Origin: a virus
Strand: one strand, 5' to 3'
DNA length: 64,000 nt
Virus record (IMG/VR): IMGVR_UViG_3300008255_000101
Coordinates: 32,001-96,000 of that record
Shown: in pieces, positions 9,126 through 19,569 of the stretch
Layout: each line of letters starts with the position of its first letter
How positions within the stretch are numbered: position 1 is the stretch's first letter
Made by a program: the position numbers and the translations under genes
The notes under the pieces: generated by a model
The model's input: only the letters and a program-made list of their open reading frames with translations
Told to the model about the DNA's origin: nothing
Database searches by the model: none

Positions 9126-11164
9126 TACAGACCTGCCGTAACCGTGAGGGACGGTATCAAGGGAGCCCCCGTGGTGTAATCCTTATGGCTAAGCATAGTG
9201 ATGACACCAGATCTGGTGGCGGGGTTACCCAGCGATACAAAGGCTGAATCCACAGAGGTGCTCGTACTCGTAATGTTGACGCTAGTCCCCGATATGGAGA
9301 AGGACCCACTCGTTGACAGAGACATAGACCCGGCACCTACGGATACGCTGTAGTTACCAGCTCCTACCGTTGTGGAGTGGTTACCTGTCGCTATGACATC
9401 CTTTACGTCACCTACTCCTACTTGCCTTTCAATGTTACCGGTCCCCACAGTGGTCTTGTAGTTACCAACCACGATATCGGTGGTCCGGTCCCCCAATAGA
9501 ATCTGTTTTTCGTCGCTACCCTTTACAAGTTTCTCAGTACGCTGGGCAGAGGTGATCTTGATTTCCGTGGTAGCGTTTACCGAGAAAGCCCCCATAGTGC
9601 TAATGGTCCTATCGCCCGTTGACGACTCACTCATGGACCCACCTATCGACGTGGACTTCAAGCCGGATATTTTCTTGAACTCATCTCCACCTATGGAATG
9701 CTCAGAGTTCCCCATCACTTCATCACGGGAATGCCCCGCCACACGCTCTACTCTTCGGTAGGTTGCCAGGTCCAGCTTATTCAGGACTTTACCCTTATCG
9801 TTTCCCCTCAGGTACCTGATAATCTTGGGATTGAAGCTGGCATCAAACCCGTGCTCCGTATAGGTGCTCCCTATGTAGCGAACTTCCATGCTTCGGGGTA
9901 TCTTGTTCTTCTCAGGATTCTCGGCCGTCTGGCCAATGACCCAACGTATGCCGCCTTTGGTGAAAAGGTCCCAGGACACGTTGTCCTCTCGTATGGCTCC
10001 CCATTCCTCGCGTTTTCCTCCACGGGCTACAGTCACCTGGGATACACCAGTGTTGGTACCGCGAGCTTCACTCATGTACTCGTACTTGACACCCTGTTTG
10101 TCGAAACCATAAAAACCCTTACCGGGTATATGGAAAGACCAGGCGACTCCCCTTTTACCTATATCATCATTGTCGCCCGATGGGGACAATGCTTCAAACC
10201 CTAGGCGCCCGTCACCTTTACCCTCGGATATGAAGGCAGGTGCTAAGAATTTACCATAGTTTTCAATGTCGTTTGGATCATTACCCACGTAATTAGCGAT
10301 CGACATGATGACGCGAGGGCTACGGGGAGTTACGTTCTCTCCGTCGTTTACATCGTTGACCGGCTTATTGAGGCGATTGGAGTCCTCCACTTCTAGGCGG
10401 TACTCGTTGTACACCTGACCGCCGTGACCAAAATCCCCACCAATGTATACGGATTTGGTTCCATCGGAATTAATAACTTCCTTAGCTTCTATGCCCCCAG
10501 GGGCATCCCCAGCTACTGTAGCTGCTAGCGAGTTCCTCTGGATGGGCCCAGCTGATCTCCACACACCATTGGTGAACATGTAGTTCTGCTGGGTAGTGGT
10601 TATAAAACTTCCGTCCCCGGCTCTTAACCGGACGGAGTTACCTGCCCGGTTTTCGATCTCTACGCTATCATCGAGGAATATTTCAGCTCCTTGGGCAGAA
10701 GCTAACCTACCTTCACCGGATCTCATCTTGCGGATACGTGACGGCATTACCCTGGTATGCTCGTTAGCTTCGTCAGAAACACTTTCGGGGAACCTTTCCA
10801 CTAGGTTGTAAGATAAAGCAGTCTCTGCGTCCGGGATGAAATAGGATATGGGAATCAGAATCCCCTTAGAACCGTTCAAGAGCACTACGAGGCAGCCTAC
10901 CTCTGGCATCACACCCATGTAACCCATGGGGCCCTGATAGGCAGGCATCCAGTATATGTCTGTCAATACCTGGGCGCTGTCCAGGGTGATGACATCCATG
11001 GTGTACCTTTCACCGTTAACCTGGGTCACTTTAGCAAGGAAAGTAATTTCCTTGTGATTTTTCTTAGTGACCTCTGCGGGTTTATCACCCTTGGCTACGT
11101 ACAAACCCCTATGGCTTTTATCCATGTAGTTTGCATTTGTGGAATTTAGTGAAGCCCTGTTCAT
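9125..11164 (-). CDS. Baseplate central spike (gp5/VgrG/gpV-like)
   Basis: N-terminal OB-fold-like segment (FLAKVTQVN...GYMGVMPEVGCLVVL). C-terminal beta-helix repeats (VGNYKTTVGTGNIERQVGVGD...GNHSTTVGAGNYSVSVGAG). Follows the hub gene. Confidence 0.8.
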   Translation of the reverse strand: MNRASLNSTNANYMDKSHRGLYVAKGDKPAEVTKKNHKEITFLAKVTQVNGERYTMDVITLDSAQVLTDIYWMPAYQGPMGYMGVMPEVGCLVVLLNGSKGILIPISYFIPDAETALSYNLVERFPESVSDEANEHTRVMPSRIRKMRSGEGRLASAQGAEIFLDDSVEIENRAGNSVRLRAGDGSFITTTQQNYMFTNGVWRSAGPIQRNSLAATVAGDAPGGIEAKEVINSDGTKSVYIGGDFGHGGQVYNEYRLEVEDSNRLNKPVNDVNDGENVTPRSPRVIMSIANYVGNDPNDIENYGKFLAPAFISEGKGDGRLGFEALSPSGDNDDIGKRGVAWSFHIPGKGFYGFDKQGVKYEYMSEARGTNTGVSQVTVARGGKREEWGAIREDNVSWDLFTKGGIRWVIGQTAENPEKNKIPRSMEVRYIGSTYTEHGFDASFNPKIIRYLRGNDKGKVLNKLDLATYRRVERVAGHSRDEVMGNSEHSIGGDEFKKISGLKSTSIGGSMSESSTGDRTISTMGAFSVNATTEIKITSAQRTEKLVKGSDEKQILLGDRTTDIVVGNYKTTVGTGNIERQVGVGDVKDVIATGNHSTTVGAGNYSVSVGAGSMSLSTSGSFSISGTSVNITSTSTSVDSAFVSLGNPATRSGVITMLSHKDYTTGAPLIPSLTVTAGL

Positions 11165-13806
11165 TGGTTAACGCTCTGGTTTAGGTTGGCTATGGCATCG
11201 GGGTCCATGCCCTGATTATTAAGGTTCTGGTTGAATGCAGCCTTGGGGTTATTGGTGGAAGCCACGTTGGCCACCATGTCCCTCTCACTCTTACCTTTAG
11301 ACTGGACCGACGATCCCACGTCGGAGGAAACAACCCGCGGGTTATGAATACTATGGGCATCATCCGTGGTGGATAACCCTTCTTGAGGGTCTGCAGAAAT
11401 ATTTTTGACATCCCCAGACTTACCTTCTTGGTCCAGTTGCTCAGCCTTAAACGCCATCGAGTTACCGTAAAAGTCCTGGGTACTCTGTAGGTTGCCGTCA
11501 GACCTGAGAACCATGTTGGCGCCGTAGGGAAATCCCCCAATGTGGTAGAACCCATTCACATCAGTGTAGGGCAGAGTTTCCCCTGTGTAGTGTACGAGTT
11601 CCGTTAATTCCCCATTGGCAACATCCACAGAAAAGTCTCTTGTCTTAGTAGGGTCCCCGTTGGACTGGGACTTGGCCGTATCTGAGGTCACTACCCTAAA
11701 AGCTTTAAACGCATCTGACTCCACTATCCTGTAAAAACCAGGAGTAGGGGACGATATGAAACCGCCCTGCTGGTAGTACTGTTCGGACGGTGTCATGGCC
11801 TGCTCGAAGTAACTATTATCCGTAGTGTTTTGGGTACTGTCCTCAGCTTCCTTCTGTAGCTGCTGACTGGATAGTAAGCTCTGAGAATTCTGGTAACGTA
11901 GGGCATCATCGTTACTGAGGTTCTTTTTGAAAGTATCCAGCTGAACAGCTCTCTCCCCTTTATCCCCCAACTTCTTGCTTTCAGCCGTCGCGAAGGACTT
12001 CTGTATGTAACCTCTAAGGGGCTCTCCCTGGGCGTTGTACAACCTGACCCTCTTAGCTTCCAGCACTAGGGTGGTAGTGGCCGTGTTACCCATAGAAATG
12101 GAGTGGGACACGGATCTTAGGTAGTAGAAGGTATCCAAGTGATCAATATACACGGGGTAGCCTATCCTGATTTCGGGACGAAACGGTATGGTTACATTAG
12201 CGGTGTAGGCTTTAGAATTGGCCTTGGCCATCTCCCCCGCAGCCATAGCTTGCAACTCTTCGGCGTTGTTACCGTAGGCTACCTTTACGGTCCTCTCCCT
12301 TATGCCGTACTTAGCCATAAGGCCAAAATCCGCATGAGCGGCCTGGAAGTCCGTACTGGTGGCCTGCATGATGATAGGACCGCTGGCCTCCACAAAGGTT
12401 ACTATCTGCGAGGAGTCCTCAGCAAAATCAGCGTTAATTATGTCTCCCGCCTTAATCACATAGATGGGGTTGTTCGATGTGTCCATGTTAAAGAACGGCG
12501 GTTTGAAAACAAACATACCGTTCACATCCTGATAGAATTCGAAATGAATGCTATCCGCCACATAGGAAGCCACCTCCAGCTTTGTCATTTTGGTGGGCTC
12601 CGTTCCCATGCTGTAAGAGCTGAAGGCACCAAAGGGGAGGACCCTACCAAAGGCGGCAAAGTCCACATCTATGCGATGGGACGGTGTCTGAAACTTCTTC
12701 ACCTGGTAAACACGGTTTCCCCCGTTACCCCCACTATTCTTGGGAGTGCTACTGCCATCAGTGCTACCGTCAGCATTAGGTGTTTGGTTACCACCGGGCT
12801 CGGTATCTGGTAGGAGAGGGCTCTTCCTTTTTTTCAAGCTCTCGTCTGAATCTACTTTAAACGGAGTTGAAGCCAGATCTTCTAAACGGAATACCTTGGA
12901 GATACCGAACATCTCTAAATTAGAAAAAGCAGAATCCTTCTTATTTTTAGAGGAGTAAGGTGTACCCATACCGTAACGACCCTTCCAAGAAGCCAAAACC
13001 TGCTTACCCAGAATTTCCCAAATACCGTCTGAACCCGGTTCCGACTTTGCAGCTCTGGGCATAGCAGCTTCAGGGGGGATTACGCCGTTTTTAAGCAGTG
13101 CAGGGAAAACAAAGTTGTCAAACGTGGTCTCCTGGAATAAATTCAGCATGATTTCCCACGGGTTCATGAATCTGAATAAGGAACCTGTGGAGGGGACGGA
13201 CCCGCCACCGTACCGAGCGTTTACGGGGGATGCCACTACGTTTACATTTTGGTATTCCCACCACCCCAACATATCCCTGCAGGTTATGTTGAAAGTGGTT
13301 TCGCTGCTGTTGTACGACTCATTAACTGTTGTAATGAAACCCCAGAACACGGGGTAGTACGCGGGAACAAGATCCTCTCCGTCCTTCCTCATGAAGCGTC
13401 CCTTTGCAAAGACTTGTACTTCCATCATACTGGAAAAGAAAGGAACCTTGGTGCCATTGGGTTGATCTATGTAGAAGCTCTGGTTGAGGCTATGGTACTG
13501 AGGGCAAACATAGGTTAAGGAACATGTACCCGATCCGGGGTTAGTTGCAAAACCAACGGACATGTTGGTTATCCCAGACTTGAAACTTATCTTCTGGAAT
13601 CCTGCATCATTATTACCCTGGGCGCCACCAGTGTATTGTTTGTTCCCGTCCACCACAGTGTATTCGGCGGACTTGGTTTCATTGGAGACCAACACCCGTG
13701 CGTCGTCGCGTCCCTGTATCTGCACAAAGAAGTCGGGGGCTAACTTGAGCACGCCCTTGTTCTTAAACTCATTTAGAGTGTAGATGCCGTCATTTCTATT
13801 TGCCAT
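11161..13806 (-). CDS. Baseplate hub protein (gp27/gpD-like)
   Basis: Hub-type motifs VFWGFIT...ITCRD, FEFYQDVNGMFVFKPPF, KYGIR and RPEIRIGYPVYI...YYLRSVSHS. Sits between the tube-like proteins and the spike. Confidence 0.75.
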   Translation of the reverse strand: MANRNDGIYTLNEFKNKGVLKLAPDFFVQIQGRDDARVLVSNETKSAEYTVVDGNKQYTGGAQGNNDAGFQKISFKSGITNMSVGFATNPGSGTCSLTYVCPQYHSLNQSFYIDQPNGTKVPFFSSMMEVQVFAKGRFMRKDGEDLVPAYYPVFWGFITTVNESYNSSETTFNITCRDMLGWWEYQNVNVVASPVNARYGGGSVPSTGSLFRFMNPWEIMLNLFQETTFDNFVFPALLKNGVIPPEAAMPRAAKSEPGSDGIWEILGKQVLASWKGRYGMGTPYSSKNKKDSAFSNLEMFGISKVFRLEDLASTPFKVDSDESLKKRKSPLLPDTEPGGNQTPNADGSTDGSSTPKNSGGNGGNRVYQVKKFQTPSHRIDVDFAAFGRVLPFGAFSSYSMGTEPTKMTKLEVASYVADSIHFEFYQDVNGMFVFKPPFFNMDTSNNPIYVIKAGDIINADFAEDSSQIVTFVEASGPIIMQATSTDFQAAHADFGLMAKYGIRERTVKVAYGNNAEELQAMAAGEMAKANSKAYTANVTIPFRPEIRIGYPVYIDHLDTFYYLRSVSHSISMGNTATTTLVLEAKRVRLYNAQGEPLRGYIQKSFATAESKKLGDKGERAVQLDTFKKNLSNDDALRYQNSQSLLSSQQLQKEAEDSTQNTTDNSYFEQAMTPSEQYYQQGGFISSPTPGFYRIVESDAFKAFRVVTSDTAKSQSNGDPTKTRDFSVDVANGELTELVHYTGETLPYTDVNGFYHIGGFPYGANMVLRSDGNLQSTQDFYGNSMAFKAEQLDQEGKSGDVKNISADPQEGLSTTDDAHSIHNPRVVSSDVGSSVQSKGKSERDMVANVASTNNPKAAFNQNLNNQGMDPDAIANLNQSVNQ

Positions 13807-13814
13807 AACTAAAC

Positions 13815-15209
13815 CTATTTGGGATCATATTCGATGTGGAAGTGCTCGACGGGTCCATGCAAAAGTACGTCGTAGTCCTTACCCAGAACCCGTCGGAACT
13901 CACCCAATATCTGTTTTTTGGTAGTAGCGGGCATACCGTTGGAACGGAAGTCCGCGGCTAATCCTTGGTAATGCAAAGAGTTTGTCGCAGTATGGGTACC
14001 ATCCTTGGCCGAGGTCACCATCAGGGGATACCAGTGCCCTATCTCCGCGTCAGTCTGTAACCCTTGGTCTTTTACTTGCTGGGCGTACTTTGCCACTATT
14101 GCCGCTAGTATAGGTATCTTGGAAGCTATCTCCGTCTTGAGCTCCACAAGGTTGGTTTTACCGCTAAGAGCCCTTATGGTGCCGTTCTCTACCAAGGGTA
14201 CCAGATAGCTTCCGGTAGCGTAGCGAGTTACACCCGTGTTCTTCAGGTATTCATTGACCGCCTTAAAATTCAGAGTCATACGGGTTTGGGCGGACCCTCC
14301 CGTATCTACTCCCTGTACAAAAAGCTTTATACCCGAGTAGTGGTTGGTGCCAGTGCTCAGATGGCCCTCTACGTTATCACCAAGTATACCCGAAACCACA
14401 AACTCAAAAGAATACGAAAATCTAAAGGGGCTACTGGCGTCGTCCTCTAAGGTGAAGGAATTGAAAGTTCCTAAGTACGTGGTTCCTCCGTAGGAGATAG
14501 CCAACGTGTCCATTACGTGAATAACCCTAGTACGCTTGTCGCCTATGAAGGCAGTGGGCATCGCCGACGGTGCAAAAGTGCTTACGGGTATGTCCACCTC
14601 TGGTGTTTCCTTCGTGGGCATGGAGGTGCTGAAAAGGGGGTTGTCGCTGTTTGCCTTTATACCCAAATTACCAGGCTGCACGCCTTCGGTTAAATGCCTG
14701 TACCCATTACCTCTCACCAGTGAAACAAAGGACATCATATTGGCGTAGGCTAAGCTGTCTTTTTTAGAAACACCCTGACCGGAGAAAGCTGTGTTAGCTA
14801 AGCCCCCGTCCAAGTTAATAAAGGCGGCACTCGAACCGTTACCGGTTAGCGTTGGCTGGGCCTTCCCCCATAACGAATTTATGTGACCGTCCCGTCCGTA
14901 CTGGCTGTTTTGCACCTGTGCGGACCCCACGTTTAAATCCGACGGGTTTATCATCATTGTGAGCTTGTGCTTTACTTCCATGTCGCTTGGGGATGTCGTA
15001 CCCGCCACATACACCAGTATCTCGAAGGGCAGCATGTCCGAGGCAGACCTAGACTGGATGGACGAGGTTATGGAGTACCCCGTTTCAGGAGTGTTCTTAC
15101 GTGACCCCACGGACCTTATGGCATTGTTACTGACAGTCCCCTGGACGCCCTCGCGGCCATCGTCCTTGAGCCAGCTAGCTACGAAATTAGGATCTACTGG
15201 ACGTTCCAT
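13815..15209 (-). CDS. Tube-like baseplate protein fused to a C-terminal Zn-dependent peptidase (M15/Hedgehog-DD-peptidase fold); putative virion-associated peptidoglycan hydrolase
   Basis: C-terminus VTSAKDGTH...SLHYQGLAADFRS...EHFHIEYDPK fits the SxH-x6-D...HxH Zn motif. The N-terminal part is paralogous to 15217..16590. Confidence 0.7.
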   Translation of the reverse strand: MERPVDPNFVASWLKDDGREGVQGTVSNNAIRSVGSRKNTPETGYSITSSIQSRSASDMLPFEILVYVAGTTSPSDMEVKHKLTMMINPSDLNVGSAQVQNSQYGRDGHINSLWGKAQPTLTGNGSSAAFINLDGGLANTAFSGQGVSKKDSLAYANMMSFVSLVRGNGYRHLTEGVQPGNLGIKANSDNPLFSTSMPTKETPEVDIPVSTFAPSAMPTAFIGDKRTRVIHVMDTLAISYGGTTYLGTFNSFTLEDDASSPFRFSYSFEFVVSGILGDNVEGHLSTGTNHYSGIKLFVQGVDTGGSAQTRMTLNFKAVNEYLKNTGVTRYATGSYLVPLVENGTIRALSGKTNLVELKTEIASKIPILAAIVAKYAQQVKDQGLQTDAEIGHWYPLMVTSAKDGTHTATNSLHYQGLAADFRSNGMPATTKKQILGEFRRVLGKDYDVLLHGPVEHFHIEYDPK

Positions 15210-15216
15210 GGTACCC

Positions 15217-16590
15217 TCACAACCACTTTGTGTGTTCGGCGCGGAACGACACGTTATAGCTCAAGCTGAATGGTTTATCTGAGGACTCAGTAACATCGAA
15301 TGATTCAAAGTACCCTATGAACTCTGCAAAGTAGCATCTCATCCGAATGTATAAACGGTAATTAGCCATACCAGCCCTAGGGTGGTTACCCACCGTGTAG
15401 GGATTGGCCGGGTCCCCCATGTTGAAGAAAGTTCTTCTTTGTATGAGGGGAGTCAGCAACCCTGTGTCGGGATCTCTCTTTAAGGGGATTTCTTTGTCCT
15501 GGTACACTATGCCGTTGGTCGTGTACAAGTCCACCAAGTGCTGAAGCTCTTTGTACGGTTCAGATATGTTTCTGCTGTTTACGCACAGACCCTGTCCTCC
15601 GTCAGTCTTAAAATCAATAAAGGCGTAGCTGGTTCCTGAGAAGGATATCTGATCCATCTCATCGCCCCAATGCTCCTCTACCCAACGTACCAGGGTTTGG
15701 TACCTATTGGTTTTTTTGGCAGCATTTATTACTAAGGAAGCGGGTGACATATTTAGCTGCAGGGACGTGACGATCCTTCCCTCAGCTGCTTCCAAATCCA
15801 CTCGGCGAGGTTCCGTACCGTCCAAGGACGGAGTTATCATCTCCACCGTGAAGAAGTCGGATCTAGGCCTACGACGTGACATGCTGTCAGCCTGGTAGTA
15901 GGTGGGGGAACTATCCAGCAGCTTAGCGCCCGCGGTAGCCTTTACAGACACATTGTCCAAAAACAGATGGTCGATGGATGTGTTCTTGGCGAAACAGTTG
16001 GCATGTATCGTCAGGGGCAAGCTCGTCCTCAAGCCTTCCAAAGCTTGGATACTTCTTTTCTTCTCAGCGGCGGTGTAGGATTTAAAGTTCTGTACGCGGG
16101 TTATGTAGACATCGATGGACTTATTCACCATAGCGATCATGTCCTGGTACCCGGCCAGGACGGAGTAGTCGGTTTCGCTTAGCATAGCCAGCAGATTGTT
16201 CCTGCCCTGGCCCACTGGGTCAGAGGAGTCCGAAGGGTTCGCTATACCGCGAAGTTCGTCATACTGGTCGAGCTGGGACAGCCTTAGCAGGTTGTCTGGA
16301 CCGTATTTGCCCTCGGGTATCTCCACGCCTTTACCCGATAGGTAAAACTTGGCACCAGGGTCAGAAGCATCGTAAACGATGTTGGTGGCTGCACTCGTAG
16401 CGAAGGCTATGTTGGCTACCTCGGGCGACTCCGTGGCCACTGTGATAGCGTCCTCTATCTCAGCACGGACGCAGGCTAGGTAATAGAAGTCCCCGCTCAC
16501 GTTACCGTAGACGGTATCGGGATTTGGTTTCTTAGGCCCCGTGGAGAAGTCTAGTGTAGACTGGGGGAATGTTGTCTCGTTTGTGGCCAC
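15217..16590 (-). CDS. Tube-like baseplate/tail-tube initiator protein
   Basis: C-terminal LQLNMSP...EEHWGDEMDQISFSG...GYFESFDVTESSDKPFSLSYNVSF. Directly after the tape measure gene. Confidence 0.6.
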   Translation of the reverse strand: MATNETTFPQSTLDFSTGPKKPNPDTVYGNVSGDFYYLACVRAEIEDAITVATESPEVANIAFATSAATNIVYDASDPGAKFYLSGKGVEIPEGKYGPDNLLRLSQLDQYDELRGIANPSDSSDPVGQGRNNLLAMLSETDYSVLAGYQDMIAMVNKSIDVYITRVQNFKSYTAAEKKRSIQALEGLRTSLPLTIHANCFAKNTSIDHLFLDNVSVKATAGAKLLDSSPTYYQADSMSRRRPRSDFFTVEMITPSLDGTEPRRVDLEAAEGRIVTSLQLNMSPASLVINAAKKTNRYQTLVRWVEEHWGDEMDQISFSGTSYAFIDFKTDGGQGLCVNSRNISEPYKELQHLVDLYTTNGIVYQDKEIPLKRDPDTGLLTPLIQRRTFFNMGDPANPYTVGNHPRAGMANYRLYIRMRCYFAEFIGYFESFDVTESSDKPFSLSYNVSFRAEHTKWL

Positions 16591-19562
16591 TATTCTTCCT
16601 GCTTCTCAACGTAGTTGACCTTATCTAGGTCACCCTTTACGTCGTTGGAGTTGTTAAAAGTAACAGACAAATTCTTCACAGTGTATACTTTCCCACCTCC
16701 AGCTGTCGTCTTGTGCTGACCCACGTCTCCACCCTCGGCAGCTGCACCGCTAGCTTCGTACGCAGTGAATGTTTTGTTTTTGAAGTATTTCTCGGAGTCT
16801 ATCAAATCCTTACCACGGTCGCGGAACGCAGCGGCCCTTTGGTCAGGGTCCAGATCGTCCAGTTCCTTAGCCACACGTGAGTGGGCTTTCCCTATAGCCC
16901 TCTTAGAATCGTAAACCCCTTTATCGGCTTTGGTGCCTAGGCGAGTAAGGTCGAGGTCGCCTCCATATTTTTCCATTAGGGTCTTGAACTGAGTGTCCGC
17001 GTCACCGCTACCCAATTTCATCTTATCCATTTCCTGGTCTACCGTAGTCCCTTCTTTCATAGCCCGTAACCGTGCTACACTGTACTTAGACTTAGCCAGG
17101 ATTTCTTCTTTGTCTGCCCCATTGGTTGCGTTAGCCATGGCCTCTTTGGCGTTCGTCATGTTAGCTACGGCCATTTGGTCTTTTTTGGCTTCCTCAAAGC
17201 TAGCCGTACTTTCCTTTAGCTCCGATGCTGCAGCTTCAAAGTCGTCCCTCTCGCTTCGAGTCATAAAGTCTAGAATACCAAACACACCCTTCTTGATAGC
17301 CAGGGACGCTGCGTAGGATGCTTCAGCTTTATCCGAAGAGAATATCTGCCACTCCAAAGCCTCCTTGGTTATACCAGACATTTTCTCCAACGGGGTCAAT
17401 GCCTTTATCTGGGCTTTCTGGTTCTTTACAGAATCCTTGTACATACCCGAAGAGCTATCTGCGGTGCGTTCCAGCTGCTTCTCTGCAATAGCGGAGGAGC
17501 TGGCGCCCACCAAATTCTTACCCTTAGCAAAGAGTCCCTCATTTTTAGTGAGAAGACCCGAGAATGTTTCACCTAGGGACTTGGAGTCCTTTTCCAACAT
17601 GTATATGAAATCCTTAATGTCGTCCGGGTTTACACCCTGTTCCTTAAGGATACCTGTCATCTGTTTCTTAGCGGCGTCTGATTCGAACTGGCTCATGTCC
17701 CGTCCCTTACTCAGGGTGTCCATAAGCTGCCTAAAACCTTCTTTCTGGTCCTTAGTGGCATCTCCACCGCCCACAGCATTTTTCATGTAATCGTTCAGCT
17801 TACCCACTACGGGGGCCAATTGGGCCTTATCACCCTGAATAGCGTTCTTCAGTTTCTCAACCATGTCCTCGCTCATACCCAGACCCTGTGCGGACACCAA
17901 ACCTCCGTAACTGCCCAGGTACTCTTCCATGGACTGACCGTTCTGGCCCTTGACATTCTTAAGAGCCTTCATGATAAGAGGTACTGAGTCCACGTAGCGT
18001 GTGGCGCTAGATAGTGCCCCATACCTTTCCCCGCCCTGTGTGTTAAGAGCGTCCGAGATTTTGGAGCGCTGACCCTTCAGCTTCCTTCGCTCCTCGTCCG
18101 TTACGTTACCACCGGCTAGCTTCTTATTGATCTGGTCCAGTTTTTCTTGAAGGGCGGGGGCTATGACCGTCTCCTCGGCCCCTTTACCCATTATACCAGT
18201 GAACTTCATGCGCTCGGTTATATCCTTGCCCCTAAAGAAGGTGGTAAGATCGCCGGTCATCTCCTCAGCATCCTTCTGGGTCACACCTGCATTGTTCGAA
18301 AATTTCTCCAAAGTGGAAGCTGCTGCCTTTGTGAAGTTACCATAGGTACCCATGGACAGCGTCGACGCCTGGATGACATTCAAAAATTTATTGGACTCTA
18401 TTCCAGCGGAGCGTGCGCTCTTGGCTACTTCCTCGAAACCTTCTTGCATGGTGCTTATACTGGAACCCATCTCTAGATTCTGCTGCACCATGGCCTCGCC
18501 CATGACTTCGGTGGATACACCGAGGGCCAAGCTAGTTCTACGGGTAGCTTCCATGGTGGCACCAAAGTCCCCCATTTTCTCGGTTACACCGTGAAGGGAC
18601 AATCCCCCCTGCGTCATGGATTCGAACATGGACTTCCAGTCCGAGGAATCCATGCCAAGCTCCATATTGGTACGTATGTCCCGGATAGCGGAGTTGAACT
18701 CCTTTCCTTCTTTCACAAACTGGGTACCGCTAGTCTGGGCACCCGACATGGAGGAATAGTCCTTCATGGCTCCGGTATACTTATTGTTCCCGTAGTTGAC
18801 GGCGTCGTTGATCATGGACCCTACCTGTACGGCGGTGCCCACTAGGGGTACTGCCTTGCTGGCTCCGGCCAATCCTCCGCCCAGCATCTTCGCTGCACCC
18901 CCGCCCATCCTCATGGCTCCGCCCAGAGCCTTGCCCCCTATACCGGCTCCGGGCTTGCTGCCCGCGAACCTACCCAGTAGGCTTTGGCGACGTCCCCAGG
19001 ACTTCATCATGTTGCCAGTAGAGCGCCATTCGCTGGGGTCCTTATTCACCCAACCCCTCTTAAGGGAGCCACCTATGTCCTTGGCCGCGGCGCCCCGCTT
19101 CATCCACTTGGCGCCAATGGCTTCGCTGTCGACCTTGTGTATGGCTTTGTTAATACCCTTGATTCTATTTAGAACCTCAGTCTGGGTTTTTTTGGATAAA
19201 AGCTGATCGGCTGACAGACCTCCACCACTCTCCAGAGCCTTCTGCAGATTTTTGATGGTCTTGAGAGCCCTCTTTCCGTAGGCGTCCTCAAACGCATCAC
19301 CCGAGGCATTTACGGACTTATTGAAGTCCTTATTGATGGTCCTCGGTATTTTCTTAAGGGCATCGTCAATGCTCTCCAGGGTCTCTTCATAATCACTAGC
19401 GTTCGCGTTAGCTTTCTTCAGGGCGTCCTGGGTGGCCTCATTGTATTCACGCTGAGCTTTCTTCAGACCACGGACAGTATCCAAGAGCTTCTTCTCAAGC
19501 TCTAGGGTTTTTTCCAACTCCGCGTTGGTCCTCTTGGTGTTTTCTTCCATATCCGAAGCCAT
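16590..19562 (-). CDS. Tail tape measure protein
   Basis: 990 aa, helical and Ala/Gly/Lys/Met-rich, with a Gly-rich hydrophobic segment. Canonical position after tube and chaperones. Confidence 0.8.
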   Translation of the reverse strand: MASDMEENTKRTNAELEKTLELEKKLLDTVRGLKKAQREYNEATQDALKKANANASDYEETLESIDDALKKIPRTINKDFNKSVNASGDAFEDAYGKRALKTIKNLQKALESGGGLSADQLLSKKTQTEVLNRIKGINKAIHKVDSEAIGAKWMKRGAAAKDIGGSLKRGWVNKDPSEWRSTGNMMKSWGRRQSLLGRFAGSKPGAGIGGKALGGAMRMGGGAAKMLGGGLAGASKAVPLVGTAVQVGSMINDAVNYGNNKYTGAMKDYSSMSGAQTSGTQFVKEGKEFNSAIRDIRTNMELGMDSSDWKSMFESMTQGGLSLHGVTEKMGDFGATMEATRRTSLALGVSTEVMGEAMVQQNLEMGSSISTMQEGFEEVAKSARSAGIESNKFLNVIQASTLSMGTYGNFTKAAASTLEKFSNNAGVTQKDAEEMTGDLTTFFRGKDITERMKFTGIMGKGAEETVIAPALQEKLDQINKKLAGGNVTDEERRKLKGQRSKISDALNTQGGERYGALSSATRYVDSVPLIMKALKNVKGQNGQSMEEYLGSYGGLVSAQGLGMSEDMVEKLKNAIQGDKAQLAPVVGKLNDYMKNAVGGGDATKDQKEGFRQLMDTLSKGRDMSQFESDAAKKQMTGILKEQGVNPDDIKDFIYMLEKDSKSLGETFSGLLTKNEGLFAKGKNLVGASSSAIAEKQLERTADSSSGMYKDSVKNQKAQIKALTPLEKMSGITKEALEWQIFSSDKAEASYAASLAIKKGVFGILDFMTRSERDDFEAAASELKESTASFEEAKKDQMAVANMTNAKEAMANATNGADKEEILAKSKYSVARLRAMKEGTTVDQEMDKMKLGSGDADTQFKTLMEKYGGDLDLTRLGTKADKGVYDSKRAIGKAHSRVAKELDDLDPDQRAAAFRDRGKDLIDSEKYFKNKTFTAYEASGAAAEGGDVGQHKTTAGGGKVYTVKNLSVTFNNSNDVKGDLDKVNYVEKQEE

Positions 19563-19569
19563 TATGAAC

